Below, piece after piece: positions 50,495-64,000 of a stretch of DNA of 64,000 nucleotides. The position numbers were made by a program, and so were the translations under genes. The notes below the pieces were generated by a model. It did not search any database. It was not told where the DNA came from and was given only the letters and a program-made list of their open reading frames with translations. The stretch's first letter is position 1. Each line of letters starts with the position of its first letter. The stretch is from Iphione sp. A-MEVVRFRX5 (taxonomy: Eukaryota), in NCBI GenBank assembly GCA_976226885.1, contig OZ320313.1:147188001-147252000 (forward strand). Reading direction: 5' to 3'.

Positions 50495-53400
50495 CATCCT
50501 TCAAAAATGTTACCTTTTGTAACAATATACATGTAACGTTCAGTACAAATACAATGTACATAATTATCTGTATGTGCTACACAAATATATGTACATTTAG
50601 TTCTGTATGTCAACATGACTCATGTTTTTTGTCATGACGTTCATGGCTGTCGAAATACGGCGCTTCTCTCCGTGATGACCTGAGGTGCACTAGTGCAGGT
50701 AATACTAGATGACATGTATAAATATTTAAAATGTCATTGTGAAAATTCTGTAGCCCGTCTGAAGCATACGTGGGTGGCAAATAGAGAGCTAGAGACCAAG
50801 AATTCTTCAGGGAATGGTGATGTTTATAACGGCTTGGGGCTCAGAGAAAAGGTTTGACATTTTGAAGGGAAAAAAAGACAGAATCTACTTCATAGGTCCG
50901 CCTTTCGACAGGGTCTTCCTGGTAAATCTAATTCACATAAGAAATACACGCCTTCTGTCGTCATAGATGAACGGGGGCGCCGAAGCATCGAAAGTCCCTC
51001 CCGCGTTAGCCATCTTCACGTTGGTCTAAAACCAAGTCTACCGTCCCAACATGAGTCGTTAGTTAGGAGGGGTCAATCCAACATTCAATATTGTTATTTA
51101 ATAAAAAGTCAAATAGAGATTCTGCCCGAGAGAAGGACTAGAAACAGACTTCTTCTCTCAGCACTGTCTTTATCATTTCAGGAATAAGCCTCTACTATTA
51201 CTGGAAACGATTGAAATCATCCAAGTGCTCATCTACGCGGATCACAGAAGATAACACAATTACCCCCATCACCACGATCAAGCTCTCTTCTATAAATTCA
51301 TCATAAATGGGAATCTTATTGCAAATCTAATTCCTTTCGTTAGCGAAGTTTCGGCAAATATAACAAAGCTATTCCAGAAATGAACTGTGAGAATATTGAT
51401 TCTAATGAACGCATTGCGACAAATGGAGCCCAGTCTTCATTAAGAGTGAAGTTTGTGAAGCAGGGCGTTAGAACAGAAAAAGTCTGATGAATGTCTCCTT
51501 TGACAAGATAGCGCTCCCTAGTGTAGGTGTCGCTCCTAGACTGGGTCCTCCATGGGAATCCTGTTTCCATTACCTTCTTGTGGACAAATTTGGTGCATAA
51601 CTACATTGCATGTTGAATGCTGGAATACCATAATTGGGCGTCTTGCTACTGAGAACGGAGATGCTCCTCCCTGTACCCTGCACCTTCCCGTGAGAAAAAG
51701 GACCGTGTTCTAGACCAAATAATCTCTATTTAAATAGGATGACAAATAAGGTGAACGTGTATGCAGTGAATTAGAATATTCGTAACATTCTACGTTATGG
51801 CCAGAGTCAAATCCGGTAGAAAACCTCTAGTAGAGACACCCTGTTTCTTTGCCAAACAGTCCCTAATTGAAACGTGTCCCTGTTACAGTCTTTGTATAAT
51901 AAAGGGAAAACCCATTATTCAATCGCGTCCTTCTTTTAGGCACGTACCTACTGGAAACACCACATACCTAAGATGGTTTTCTTTGTATATAATTTAACCA
52001 CATATCTTTTTACTATCAAGACGAATATAAAGTGCATGCGTAACAGAAGGTCAAGTTACATTTATTCCCACAATATATATATTTGCTCTTTTCTTTCAGC
52101 GGTATGCGAGTTGTTACCACTGAGGTTCGTTTCGAGAAAAAAAAACACCTGTCCAGAATGAAGACTACTAATAAGAATTTGCCGCATGGGCAGCAGATCT
52201 GGGAGCACTTTATTGGTGGCCGAACCATCAACGCAAGTGGAGACCACAGATGCCACCGCTTGATGCGGTCGTGGGTTTAGCCTTTTGAAAAGTAAAAGTC
52301 CATCGCGTGACTCGGTACAAAGACATTCGCTACGGTAAATACGCCAGTTGACGCTACCGATGAGAAATATAAATGTGTGGGCCTTTTCCTCGGCAGACAA
52401 TACCCCAGACCCGATCGATAGGCAATACTATTGGAATGTTATGTGGCTGAGGCAGGTGAACAAAAACAACCGCGATCGTTTCTCTCGGCATCACATTTTT
52501 TTTTGTGTGTTTTGCATTTTTTTTATTTTGCTTTTTAGTTTGTGGGCTGCTGTCAATAGCAACCCTGCTACAGTGCACATAGAGAAGGTATACACTCTGA
52601 TCGAGGCAGGTGCTCATGTCTCCATAGTCTAATGGGCTTACGCTGGAGTTGCTCCTACCGTTTACTTCTCATTAACTGGCAGCTTGCGGGACAACTCTAC
52701 CTCCCTAGGGTCTCCTTCATACATGCAGGAATGTGGTGAATTAGAATATTGGCATACGTATTGGCCTTGATTATGAGCAAAGGCCCCTGCAGCGATATCA
52801 ATATATTGCCTCTGATCAGGTGGGTAGGAGTAAGGGCACAGTGAAGGGGGCAAGTACATGTAGTTGGGACCGACACGGTATTCTAACAACCCATTCTGCA
52901 TTGGACTAACGGAAACGAAATGGGACGACTTCATACTTATACAAATTGATGAGTCAACTATTTTTGAGGTATTTTTAGAGTCCCTGGATGAGCGGCGAAT
53001 TGCCCAGAGCGCCGAGCTGGCATCTTGACAAATGGCAACATTGTCGGTTTATGGACAATTTCGTTAGGGAAAATTTCCTGGTCATCTGGAAGGTTGGCCC
53101 ATTACCGCCATCATGTAGGCGTTAACGGTGTAACGCGCCCATATCCAGCTACTCTAAATGCCAACGCATCGTTTCTTTTTATTTCTGAAGCTCAAAAATG
53201 ACCTTTTCTATTGGCAAATATGGCCTTTTCACACCAATTTCGTACCCAGTGTTGTTGTGTGAACACAGGATACTAATCTTGCTCTTTGAAGCAAGTGAAG
53301 TTTTGTTAACTTTGGGGATTCCCTGGTGGTTAGGACCAGTGAATCAAGTAATGGCTTGTATGTCACACCTAAGAGCCAATCACTAGCGTAAAGTTTGGAT

Positions 53401-55206
53401 ACACATTGTACTTCCTATATATGAATAGAAAACCACAATACAGTACTTAAAATCCGAATCTGGCCGCTCTTGTTTGGTAAAGAATAAATCATATTCGTCC
53501 TCAGAAACAGAATGCTTCCGTTTTCCGCCCTCTCCTCTTTCAAAGAATTAACTGTTGATTGAGGATCTCATGCCTTGCCTAGGTGGTCCCCGCCACTCCC
53601 CTACCTCCAGCCCTTCAAAGGGGTAACTACTTACTGAAGAGTTCGTGCCTCTTCCAGGTGTTACATGCATACATTCAGAGGACATTGCCAATATTCAAAA
53701 TCCGAAAAATCCGAGAATCGGTGCACACAGCGATCGCTCGCTTTTTGAGTTTCAACTGTATACCAAATCACCTATTTACTCAAGGTATTCCTTTCATCGT
53801 TAGTGTCATACGTCAACGGCTGCTGCCAAATAGATTCTGATCTCTACTTTGACCGGTAAGCGCAACTGCAGGAGGAAAAAGATAAGAGTGTAAATGCTTA
53901 CAGTTCTCGTGCGTCACATATACCTACAGGCACTGCCTTGACAGGCAAGCCAACGCCGTTTTCTACTATTAGCTCTACGAGTGGTATGGAATGTAAAGGC
54001 AGAGAAAACGGTTTCATCTGTGTAGCAATACACGTTCTATATCTTAGCTTGGCTCTTGTAACCTTGTACAATAAATAAAAGTAAACGGACACTTAAAAAT
54101 CTTTCAGAATCGTTAAAATAAACACAAATTCGCCAGATTGACGACCTTTAATATCTCGCCACATTGTGCTTCCGTATGTTCCAGAAAAAACAAGGGCTTT
54201 TCAAAAAAGGAAAATGGACAGCAGTCTACTAGCTGTCACATCTATCTCCAGCTAGCGGGAAGACATAGTGTAAGAATGTTGTATCGACGGTTAACGAGGT
54301 GGCCAGTATAAAATGCTCCCTCTGACGTCTAAATAACACCTACGGGAAAGGCTCAACCGGTATCCCCCTCGGCTGTTCCTCAGCAATTACCACGCAAATA
54401 TAATGGAGGTTACGTGGCGTCACTAATGACATTGCCGCCCTACTTATACGCCTTAACAGGCTCGTGAGCGTCTCCATCCAGGAAGCCGCTCGTGACTGGC
54501 AACGGTCATAACTTTCTCTACCTTGTCCCCCTAAAGTCCGCTTCTCTCTTGCAGCCATGGCTTCCTCAGCTGCGAAGGAGAAGTGCCATGAACCTTAAGA
54601 CAAATGCATAATAAATGCATAAATCACCATGGTGATTAAAAATGGTGCAGACTAATGCGTAAGCAATGGATGCCTCTTGCAAAGTTCAACTTATGCCTTT
54701 TCTTCTACACTTTGTATAGCAGTATCAAAAATGGTTTTTGATTAAATCAGTAAAATAATCATTAAGTATTACCTTGTAAATACTGGGAAACCCCTATGAT
54801 GTGATTGGGCTTGTGACCAGCAATATTTGGTCTCAATCAAGTTGGTCTCATAAGAGAGGGCTGGTAATCCAATATAAATTTGCATGCTGGTTTCTTTTAT
54901 CTCTTGGAGTTCACGTGGATCACATGTATTAATTTTTATCTGGGTGTCATGCTAACTGTATCCACAATCTCCTTAAGTGGATTATGTCTAATATGGTACA
55001 CCTACACGAGCACGTTACTTTAAAAAAACGTACCTTCCAGATAGTTTGAAGATGATGAGTTGTTTAATGAAATTTTCAAATCTTTGGCTTTGTAAATACC
55101 TGATCAGGGGAAAACATTATATATATATATATGTATTAGGTCGTCATGATTCTATCATTAACGAATACATCAACTTAACCTGTCCGTCCGCCTACTCGCA
55201 AAGACT

Positions 55207-55234
55207 CACACACACACACACACCCACGCACGCA
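55207..55234. repeat. (CA)n microsatellite
   Basis: Directly visible. Confidence 0.9.
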
Positions 55235-58200
55235 TTAGAAGAGGCACACAGGGAATTACGTGTACACATACCACATCAAACAAACAAACTCACTCTCACA
55301 TGCATGCCACGCTTACTGAGTGGTGGAGCGACGACACAAGAGGGATAGCCAGGAACCGCACCTGTCCTAAAAATCAACATGGCTCGTAATCAAATCAGCT
55401 GGTACATTACCGAGGTGTAGCGCGGGACAAAATTCAGCACCGGGCTTAAAAACATTGCCGGCACCATCACTGACGGTAATGAGTTCGGTTCAGTGCGGAA
55501 ACTACATGGCATCTGTAGGCATTCAAAAGTAACCGAGCGGCCAAAAACATGATACGAAAAGGCCAGTGTTTCCGACAGGTGAACGAGCTAAAAAAATATC
55601 AATTATCACCTCAGAGACGGGTTATCTATCTAAAAGAAATGAAAGAGAAGAATACGCGTCCACTGGAAATAACCTTTGTCACACTAGGCTCATAAATCAT
55701 GTTATCTGACCTCAACGTGTTCTTCTTGAAGCTTTTATCTTCACGGGAAGTGTATGTGTGAGACCCATACTCTCCAGCATGACTGTTGTCGTCCACTCAA
55801 TGAAAATGATGACTTCGGGGGATAACATGACGGAGAAGGAGTTAGGATATCAAAATATTTGATACATTATATATATATGTATTGTATAACGGGAAGGCGA
55901 GAGCCTGTGACGTCCAGTCTCCTATAAACAAATACGTGTATATGAATATCCCCAAGTCACACCAAATAACCTCACACCCTAAAGTAACATACGAAATCTC
56001 CGCCTTCTACAGAAAAATAGTAGAACTCTGGTCATGATCTTGGAAATAAGTACAAGGTACTATGCATACTTAATTGCATTCATGACCCTAGCCTTTGTTT
56101 TTAGTAGACCAAGACCAGATTATTTTACTCTGTTTCCTAACAAAAATTCCTCTGACTGACAATCCTTTTTGAAATCTATAAATGTACCAAAGCCATTTAT
56201 ACGTACATGTAGTTAGTTTATCATGAGGGTTTTGATTCACTAGTCATTTCTGTAGAAATAACAGGACAATGGGTCGAGAATGTTCTAGTCTCATTTCATT
56301 TCCTTATAATGACACGTGGCAAAATCGAAATAAATGAAAAGATACGTGTGTATAGCAATATCTTTTTTATAATCTGAAGGTCTGGAAGAGAGGATGTTTT
56401 TAACTTTCAATGAGTACTTTGGTAACACTGAATACCCTTGCCTCCACCCGTACTTCACGCAAATTCAACTGTGACACGAAAGACATAATTTGAGATCTTC
56501 AAATAGTGTTGGCTCTTAATTGGCACAAATAGTGTTGGCTGTTCATTGGCCCAGGCCGGAACAATTCTCAATGAAATTCTTATGTTCCCCAGGGTCTTAA
56601 AGCTTTTCACTGGCTATGTTCAATACATATCCAGTTTGTGCAATTCTACTAACCTTACAGAAACCTTTTTCCTCACAATATTAAAATACTTAACGATTCC
56701 CGAGGTTTCGGTAAACAAAACAAAGAGTGAGAGAATGAAAGAAAAAGACATAGAGAATGAAATTGATACAAAATGCTTCTTTTATCCTGCCTCATCTCTA
56801 ACCCATTCCCTGTTTTCCTGAAGTCCCCTCTCGCGCTCCCTGTTGTTTAATTCTAGTTCATCTGGTTGCTTTGTGGACACTGGGGTGTAAAGATTGAGTG
56901 AAGGGCGATTCAAACCATAGCCAAATCGCTTTGTACACAATATCATGCAAAGAGCACGTCATACCATGGCCACTGCACTCACTCTTTCCATTGAAATAAC
57001 CAAGACCCACTCATAATTGGTCAGGAGTGACCAGGAGATCAGAGAAAGCAGGAGTCCAGGAAGTGAGGGACAGTGAGATATGCTGACGAGTAGTGAGGGA
57101 GACTATGGGACATGTAAGGTCAGGCGGTCCGGTGGTTAAGGTAGGAGACGGTTAGGATCATTAGCGAGACAGTGAGATATTGGTTCAGGTGCACCTTGTC
57201 TAGCATGGAAAAGCCACTTCAGTATCTGGCGATGACAACACTCCATGCCGGAAGGTATAAATAAAGTCGGTGTTAAAATAAGAGGGGCGAAATTGCTTGT
57301 AGAAACGGTAATTCAATATCCAAGTATCGTTTTATTCCAGACAGTCCGTACTGTTAGTTTCTTCGAATGTGCTCCGGCTTCAACCCGGTAGAATAAATCT
57401 GACCTTGAGGACCACAAAGAACCACAGGGCGCCACTTTCCCAGCCTTCTTTCGCCGCACTCCTTGAGATTAAAACCGCATGGAAAGGAATGAGTCACGCA
57501 GCCCTCCCAGACTCGTGTCCACGACCACCCGAGAAGGCAGCGCTGCTGCTGCTGCTACCCGCCGACCTGTTGGGCTGCGTTTCCTTGGTTAACAATCTTA
57601 TGGTACATCTGGCTTGTACATCACGAATGAGTGGTGCATAGCGACAATCTGATCGCCTTTTCATCGGCGATCGACCCGCAAAGTGGGGTGTCCGGCCCCG
57701 CGCAGCCGAATGCTGATGGATACAGTAGAGCAACCAGAGCTCGGATGCCCTGACCCTGCCCCCACCCACCGCCAAAACCGCATTGGAGCGACCTCTTTGG
57801 GTCTGTTTCGACCACACTCTAACACGTGGCTGCACATCCAACTAGCAGCAGCGCTGAGGCCCTGACGTGTGTTAGCGACGGCGCAAGGGCCCTACAGTAG
57901 ACACGTCGTATGAGCGTCCATTCCCCTACGGTCGCCTGCCAGTCCCTGTTGGTCTATCAGCAGTCCATTGCTTCCTATTTCTGCTCGGGAGCACCATCAA
58001 TGCCAGCGGCCTGCCGCTAGGCGTCAGCACCAATGTAGGTGGTGGGTTCACACATGACCCCTCCGGACGCCGGGTGAAAACCGCTGTAGTCGGGCACCAA
58101 CGGCCATATCAGGCCAATGGTCACTTTTGTGTGTCAGAACACTGTAGCCAAATACGCTAGGAAATGGAGGCAGAAGCCTTAGTGCCAAGAATAGTATCGG

Positions 58201-60229
58201 CCAACGGTTACCTATCAGCATAAATATATTGTCTTCCCCTGCACCGGGAAATACGGTGAAAATTAATGGAATGTCACCACGGAACGCCACATTATCTACA
58301 TTCAATGAAGAAAGTATGGAACCATTAACATTTTGAACCATCTTGTACTTCTTGCCGCAGAAGCCTTTCAATAGCAAAATCAGACAGCGGGCGGCCTGTA
58401 AATTACATTCTCATTAACATGACTTCCTCAATCGATTCAGAACACCAGCGAGTGTCTTTGCGTGACCGGTTCAAAATACGCATGCCTCCCGTCATGTGCT
58501 TTTAATTCTATTATCCTTTCTTCTTGTCTTGTATTTTCAGCCTTGATGAAGACTCTTCTTTTGAACAGCAACTAAAGGCGGTTAAACTGTTTACTTGTTC
58601 CAATCTGTGAGATAAATACTCGGCAAGGCAAACAGATCTACCCATGGTAAAGAATCGATTATTTGTGCAAGTGTTGAAAAGGAATTAGTCCGTGACCCAA
58701 ATTCGGAGGCATTTCTACCAGGCTGGTGTGAAAACCTTATGGATGAATTCCTGTCGTACATGGAAATGTTCCATAAAGCCTATTAAAGGAATAGCGCTTC
58801 AATGCGGATTCAATGGATGACCTAGCTTTTGAAGAATTATTCTGTGGCATAACTGTACACATAGCTTTTCACTCGACGGCTTGTTGGTGTTGCAAGAGTA
58901 AGTTCATGAAATGATCAACCTTTTTCATTTACTTTGCATACGGGACACTCTTGCACGCTGTATAGGTGCACGTGTGGGTTAGTAGGTGGGGACTTGACGT
59001 CAGCACCTGTCATTATCTACCGATGTTTACTCCAGCCTAGGACGTTACGATCCATCTTCAGTTGAGGGCGCTCCGTACGCTGGGCTGAGTCACTGACGTG
59101 TCCCAACGACTTAACAAGGCTCCAATCAGAGTGGTTGTGTAACGGCGGAATGAACATGATATTAACTGCCCGGCTATGACCCCAGGCAGTCAAAGACTGA
59201 GAACAGATTCCATGGGGGGTAAGGCTTGCCGTTGTCAACGCAACGCTGGCATGCGAACTGACGTTAAACGTCGACGTAACGTCACTCTGCTGACCGTCAT
59301 TCAGCGGAAATTACTCTTGGGATTTTGGAATAACTAGACCCAAGTATCTAATGCAAATCCTGGCGTGGCCTGATAACACATTTAAGGTCGTACATTCACG
59401 GTATACTTTAATCCTTCCACCAAGTAATGCCAATATGGTATGGGTGGCAATGAAGGTCTGGGCAAATCTACCATTCTGTAAGTTAGTCAGTGGTTGGGTG
59501 GTATATCGAAAAATGTTAAGCCATGAAAACTTTCGTGAAGATACAGCTAAGAAAGGTCAGGAAAAGGCCAAAGCAATGCCCATGATGACATGCCCAGCAT
59601 GATTTTACATTGAAACCTTGTTTCTATGATTTATCTACCAGACCACTCAATGCCACTGTTAAATGCAACAGAGACACGAACTGACTGATCCCTTTGTGGC
59701 AATGGTTCCGCCTACTACCAGGCATCAGAGACATGTGCTTAATACCAAACTTGTAATGAATTATTGATTATGTGCCTCCATGTATCCCAAAGCATTATAC
59801 TCCATCTGTATTATTTCAAGAGATCTCTAGAGGTGTCATTGGTTTTAAGGTTTAAATGTTTAGTTTGTCAATGGTTTAAACTCCAACAACATTTGAGAGG
59901 CCCATTTGATTGGCCAAGCAAAATGACACATGGCTAGAAACAATCGGAGAACTGTGCCACAGACAACAAACTATAGTTACCTGCATCTAACGGCACTGCA
60001 AAGTTTAAAACTTCCTGTTGTTTAATAAGTAAATACATAATGGTTTTGAAACATGCAAGCATGATATCTATCATGCATTACAGGAAGAAGAGATGCAGGG
60101 AGACTGAATCCCGCCAAAAGCTGGATAACGAGTGGTGTAATATAGTCGTGACACGAAACTCAGGTGCTCTGTTTACTTTAAATCTATTACACTGGGTACT
60201 AGTCAATCTACTAGTAAAATGATGTAACA

Positions 60230-60402
60230 TACAGTAGGAACTATCCTAACGGTCACCTCTCCTAAGCGGTCACCTCCTTCCATGGTAAATGACTTGGGAA
60301 CTGACTACTATATTATACGCTTTAAAAAACCGTGGTCACCTGATTAAGTGGTCCTAAAATGACTGGAATGAAGGGTTACCTCTCGGGAGAGGTCCAGTTA
60401 TA
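60230..60402. mobile_element. Degenerate Tc1/mariner-type MITE
   Basis: Starts ta-cagtaggaac followed by repeated cctaaNcggtcacct units. The right end is only weakly complementary. Confidence 0.45.
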
Positions 60403-62614
60403 CGTCTAGAGGATAGATACAAACATACAAACAAAGAGCTGATGCAAGGATCGCTGACGAATTTAAGTATCGATTTAGCTATTATTTCGACTAGAAATCC
60501 TAGTGTCCCCCTTAAAGTATATGCTTTATAACTAAGAAAATCCATATACTCTATACCTTTCTCAGTAATATGACTCATTCTGTTAGAATGATTCTAACAA
60601 AAGCTCAGAAATTAAATAATCATTTTATACTAACCATACTTTATAAATTCGGTATGGTATCTAAGGAACCATTTCATGTCAATTCTGCAAGTATATGAAA
60701 AGGTTTTGCTGAAAGAGATAGGAATATAGATGTACATATGCATTAAATTGTATAGCCAGAAGGTAGATGCAAACCCTGCAAGTCAAACATCTACAAGGTG
60801 CCGGGAAGACAATGCCAAATATCAATAATTGCTTCCGTAATACATAGGTGCCGCTTTTTCTTGTACAGTAACTTCATAGAAGGAGGTACTGCAATCAATG
60901 CCGCTAGCTCCAGCTGGCATTTCTATACTTGTTCTCATCCTCATCCAGGTCTTCCACCTGATCGCGGCCATATTCCTTGGACTCGGGGGGAAGCTACTAA
61001 TACTAAGCATTGATCGTAAAATGACTCGCGCGGCAGGCACTTCACCTCGAGTTTTTCTTCCTTGTCCCTTTAGCCTGCAGCTACTCGCGTTCAATCAAAA
61101 TCGGTAGACTGCTTATTGATTACTAGCCTGCAACACAACTATATCGTGAACGGCTCGTGAATCCTTTACACTGAACTGGCAATGCACTGCATAATGCAGA
61201 TGTGAACGGCAGTCGGCCAGCAGAAATGGACAGGAAGTCCTTACTTATTAATGCACCACCTCGAATAATGCTCCCATCAAGTTAAATAGATTGTCACGAT
61301 GCAGCTTAATTTGACTAATTATGGTCGCGCATGAGGTTCCCTCACAATGCCGTGTGTATTTCTATAAAGGCTGTCCTGTATGTGTGGATGTTAAATACTG
61401 TGAAGTGGAGCAGTTTCTACAAATCGACTAATTGAGGAAGTAATTCAACTTAGCCTGATCTAAACACCTTTGCCTATATACTACTTAGAACGATCCGCTT
61501 CAGACTATCCCAGGGCAAGCAGAATTACGCGAAAGGTAAAGCTTGCCTTAAAACAAGAAATTAAGATATATACGTATCTAATATTCATTGAATGGCTTAT
61601 AAATCAGTATTCCGAGGAATAAAGCACAACAGCTGTGAGTGAGGGGAGACACAATTATCAAGAACCAACCCGTTACATTTATGCATTTGACATGGGGGTT
61701 AGCCACAAGGTTTTTATTCCCATACAGGTCGCTCAGATTTGATTGGCAAAAGTCTGTATGCATATCATGAGAATTCATGCGACTCCAGCTGACCCCCAGC
61801 CCATAAAAATGGTACACCTTCAATTATTTCCCGGAGCAAAACCCATGAATAACAATGAGAATGTAACCCGAGGTACGACTGCAACCTCTTCTAATGGAAT
61901 CTTATCATTGCAAATGTTTCTCTACATATGCTGATTGTAATTCTATGCCGTACCTCGTCACCAGAACTGTTGATATTCGTGCGAAACGCCTCGAAAAAAA
62001 AGAACATGGGAAGGATTTTGACGGAGGGAAGGACGCTGAGTATGACCGGCTCGTGACATTTGGAACAAACCAAGACGCAGTCAGAACGCGACCCTTGATA
62101 ACTGGCAGAGCGGGCTTGCCTAGAGGCAGTGCTTTCAGCGCATTTTCATGAACTCAAAAGTGTTTCCTCTTTTATCATTACCATTAATCAATACAGTGTG
62201 CTGTGTGCAATAGTTAATAAAAGATCATTGAGCAACGCATAGAATGAAAACCTACCGTTGTGATGCCTCAAAGCTGCACAAAGCAGTCTGCAGTCAACGC
62301 ACTACTAGGTATCCGAGCAGATCGGAGCAGTTCCCAGCGGTGAGATGCTGGCATTGAAGGAACATCCTATCTGCATGCTTGCCAATGTAACTGGGAAGGT
62401 AGAAAGGCTGGAGCATCAAGCCGATAAGGCCTCCCTGATAAGCAAAACGTCCGTTCCGCTCGAAGAGTCGCTGGTAAGGGTCTGTTGAGCTACTCGCTGC
62501 CCAGATCACCTGGAGCAGCAACACTGCTTACACGGCAGATGGAGACAATCAGGGATTAGAGGGGAAGGTGGGTGGACATGTAATAAGAGGGGAGATGGTG
62601 AGTAGGTGTATCAG

Positions 62615-63360
62615 TGGCCGCCGCGGCACAGCACCAACGACGGGCGAAGAGGACGATGACGACTCCCGATGTGTGCAGGCCTGATGCACCGCGGAGCGTA
62701 CGGAAAAGCTACACCTTACAGCCGTGATGTGCGCACTGTACGAGGAGCCGTGGCGGACGGAGAGGGGGAAAACTCGCTTTGAGAGGGTCAGTGATGAATC
62801 ACGAACGAGGACACACTAGCCCGGCCTGTATTCCCTTGGCGCGCCTTGAACGGCTGCCAGGGCCTGCCGCGCTCTCCTGCATCAAGACCGCAACAACACC
62901 TTTCACAGGAGAAGCGTGTGCGGCGCGATGGAGGCGGGGCGCTCCCTGCGTGTGCTATCCACCGCGGCAGGCTGTCGTCGCCGCCGTCGTCGTGCGGCAG
63001 TGCCTGGCGTCAACGCAGCCGGCCGGTTCGCCTCTTATCCCCCACCCACTTTTACTGAAATGAAGGGGAATGCTCCTTGAAGCACACACACACACACACA
63101 CACATCCAGGGCTGCAGTCGCGATGTTAAGTCTCCACTCCCTGTGTGCGTATATGTCCTCCACCTCCTCCTGCTCCTACTCCTCCATAGGGGACGCGTCC
63201 GCGTTACTTAGCAGACGCTAGCCGCCGTGTGGGACGCTACCATGTCCGCACGCTCGCCGATGGCGGGCGTTTGTGAGGAGCGCGGCGCAGTAGAGGTCGC
63301 CAGTGGTGCTGTGGACGCCACCTAACGGCGTGGCACAAACGCCTGCCTAGCGGGCAGGAT
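62615..63360. promoter_or_regulatory. CpG/GC-rich island-like segment; possible promoter or first exon of unknown orientation
   Basis: Dense CpG (ccgcgg, gcgcgc, cgccgccgtcgtcg) and GC boxes (ggcggggc) around a (CA)n. No convincing long ORF. Confidence 0.45.
63083..63104. repeat. (CA)11 microsatellite
   Basis: Directly visible. Confidence 0.9.
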
Positions 63361-64000
63361 GAGGAGTAGCTCTGAGATCGACATATAATCTATGTATATC
63401 TCTGTATGTTTAAGTGGCAAGCGACGTCTGTGCGTCCACATGTTTTATGTAATTTCGCTATCATTTACTTCAAGTGTTTATCTCTGTATAGTGTTAATAA
63501 CAAAGCGAATAGTACAACGGAAATGACCTGATTTCACATGTATTTGAATGATTAAGAATGTCAGGCAAAATAAAAACTTTTAAAAATCTGCCGAGACAGA
63601 CGATGTTTGATAGACATACACTTGGACAAAATTGAAACACAGTTAAGTTAGACGAGGTTTACACTTGTACAGTGTTCACGGAAACGGATGCCTAGCCCTG
63701 AGTGTATGAAACCTCAGAAATAAGGAATATACTAGCCATGCATCCATACATCATGACGGGTTTTCAAGCAAACGAATGAAGGTGCGGGATGCTTGAGAGG
63801 TAGATTTTAACGAATATCAGTTCTCAACATGGCTTCATAGTAGATGCTACGAGAGTTGTATTGAGACATGAACATTTTTCTTCTCACCCACATTACAGAT
63901 AGATTGTATCGGTGACAGAAGTAAAGGCCCTGGTGTTGTACATGTTTTATGGGTCTGATCAATGTTGACAAATATGAAATCATTAGTGATAACTGCCCTA

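Noticed and set aside
4474-54270. Scattered CACAGTG / CACTATG heptamers suggesting RSS or ProtoRAG/Transib ends
   Set aside because: The two CACAGTG sites I checked had no correctly spaced nonamer. I saw no convincing TIR pair and no RAG/Transib-like ORF. A few heptamers are expected by chance.
55434-55450. TTCAGCACC, the left half of an RE1/NRSE element
   Set aside because: The right half (GGACAG) is missing.
1-64000. tRNA, rRNA, CRISPR arrays, intact transposase or RT, or operon-like systems
   Set aside because: I saw no A-box/B-box pair with a cloverleaf, no regularly spaced direct repeats, no long TE ORF and no prokaryotic gene organisation.

Overview
This is eukaryotic (metazoan, invertebrate-like) genomic DNA, roughly 42% GC by eye. 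It has GT-AG splice signals, MITEs, microsatellites, two assembly gaps and many decayed coding-like stretches. The overall style would fit amphioxus or another marine invertebrate, but I cannot establish the taxon from the sequence. There are no prokaryotic features and no tRNA, rRNA or CRISPR arrays. Only one gene can be modelled with reasonable confidence. It is a compact minus-strand gene with coding exons 36744-36733, 36277-35666 and 35147-35055, encoding an unrecognised, basic, apparently disordered protein of about 238 aa. The protein carries five spaced PKA-type sites (RRYS, RRES, RRPT, KRWS, RRGT) and a RETQT motif matching the dynein light chain LC8 consensus. Its putative leader exon (37083-36733) holds several uORFs. 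About 3.4 kb upstream, a pair of perfect CREs (40495-40521) sits next to a GC box and a candidate first exon. Together these suggest, by inference only, a cAMP-induced and cAMP-phosphorylated hub protein. The rest of the window is intronic or intergenic. It contains several MITE families and low-confidence relics (NACHT-like, LINE RT-like, Ig-like), plus CpG-rich or bZIP-site-rich segments near 59 kb and 62.6-63.4 kb. Most entries in the supplied ORF track look like chance or antisense-shadow ORFs.
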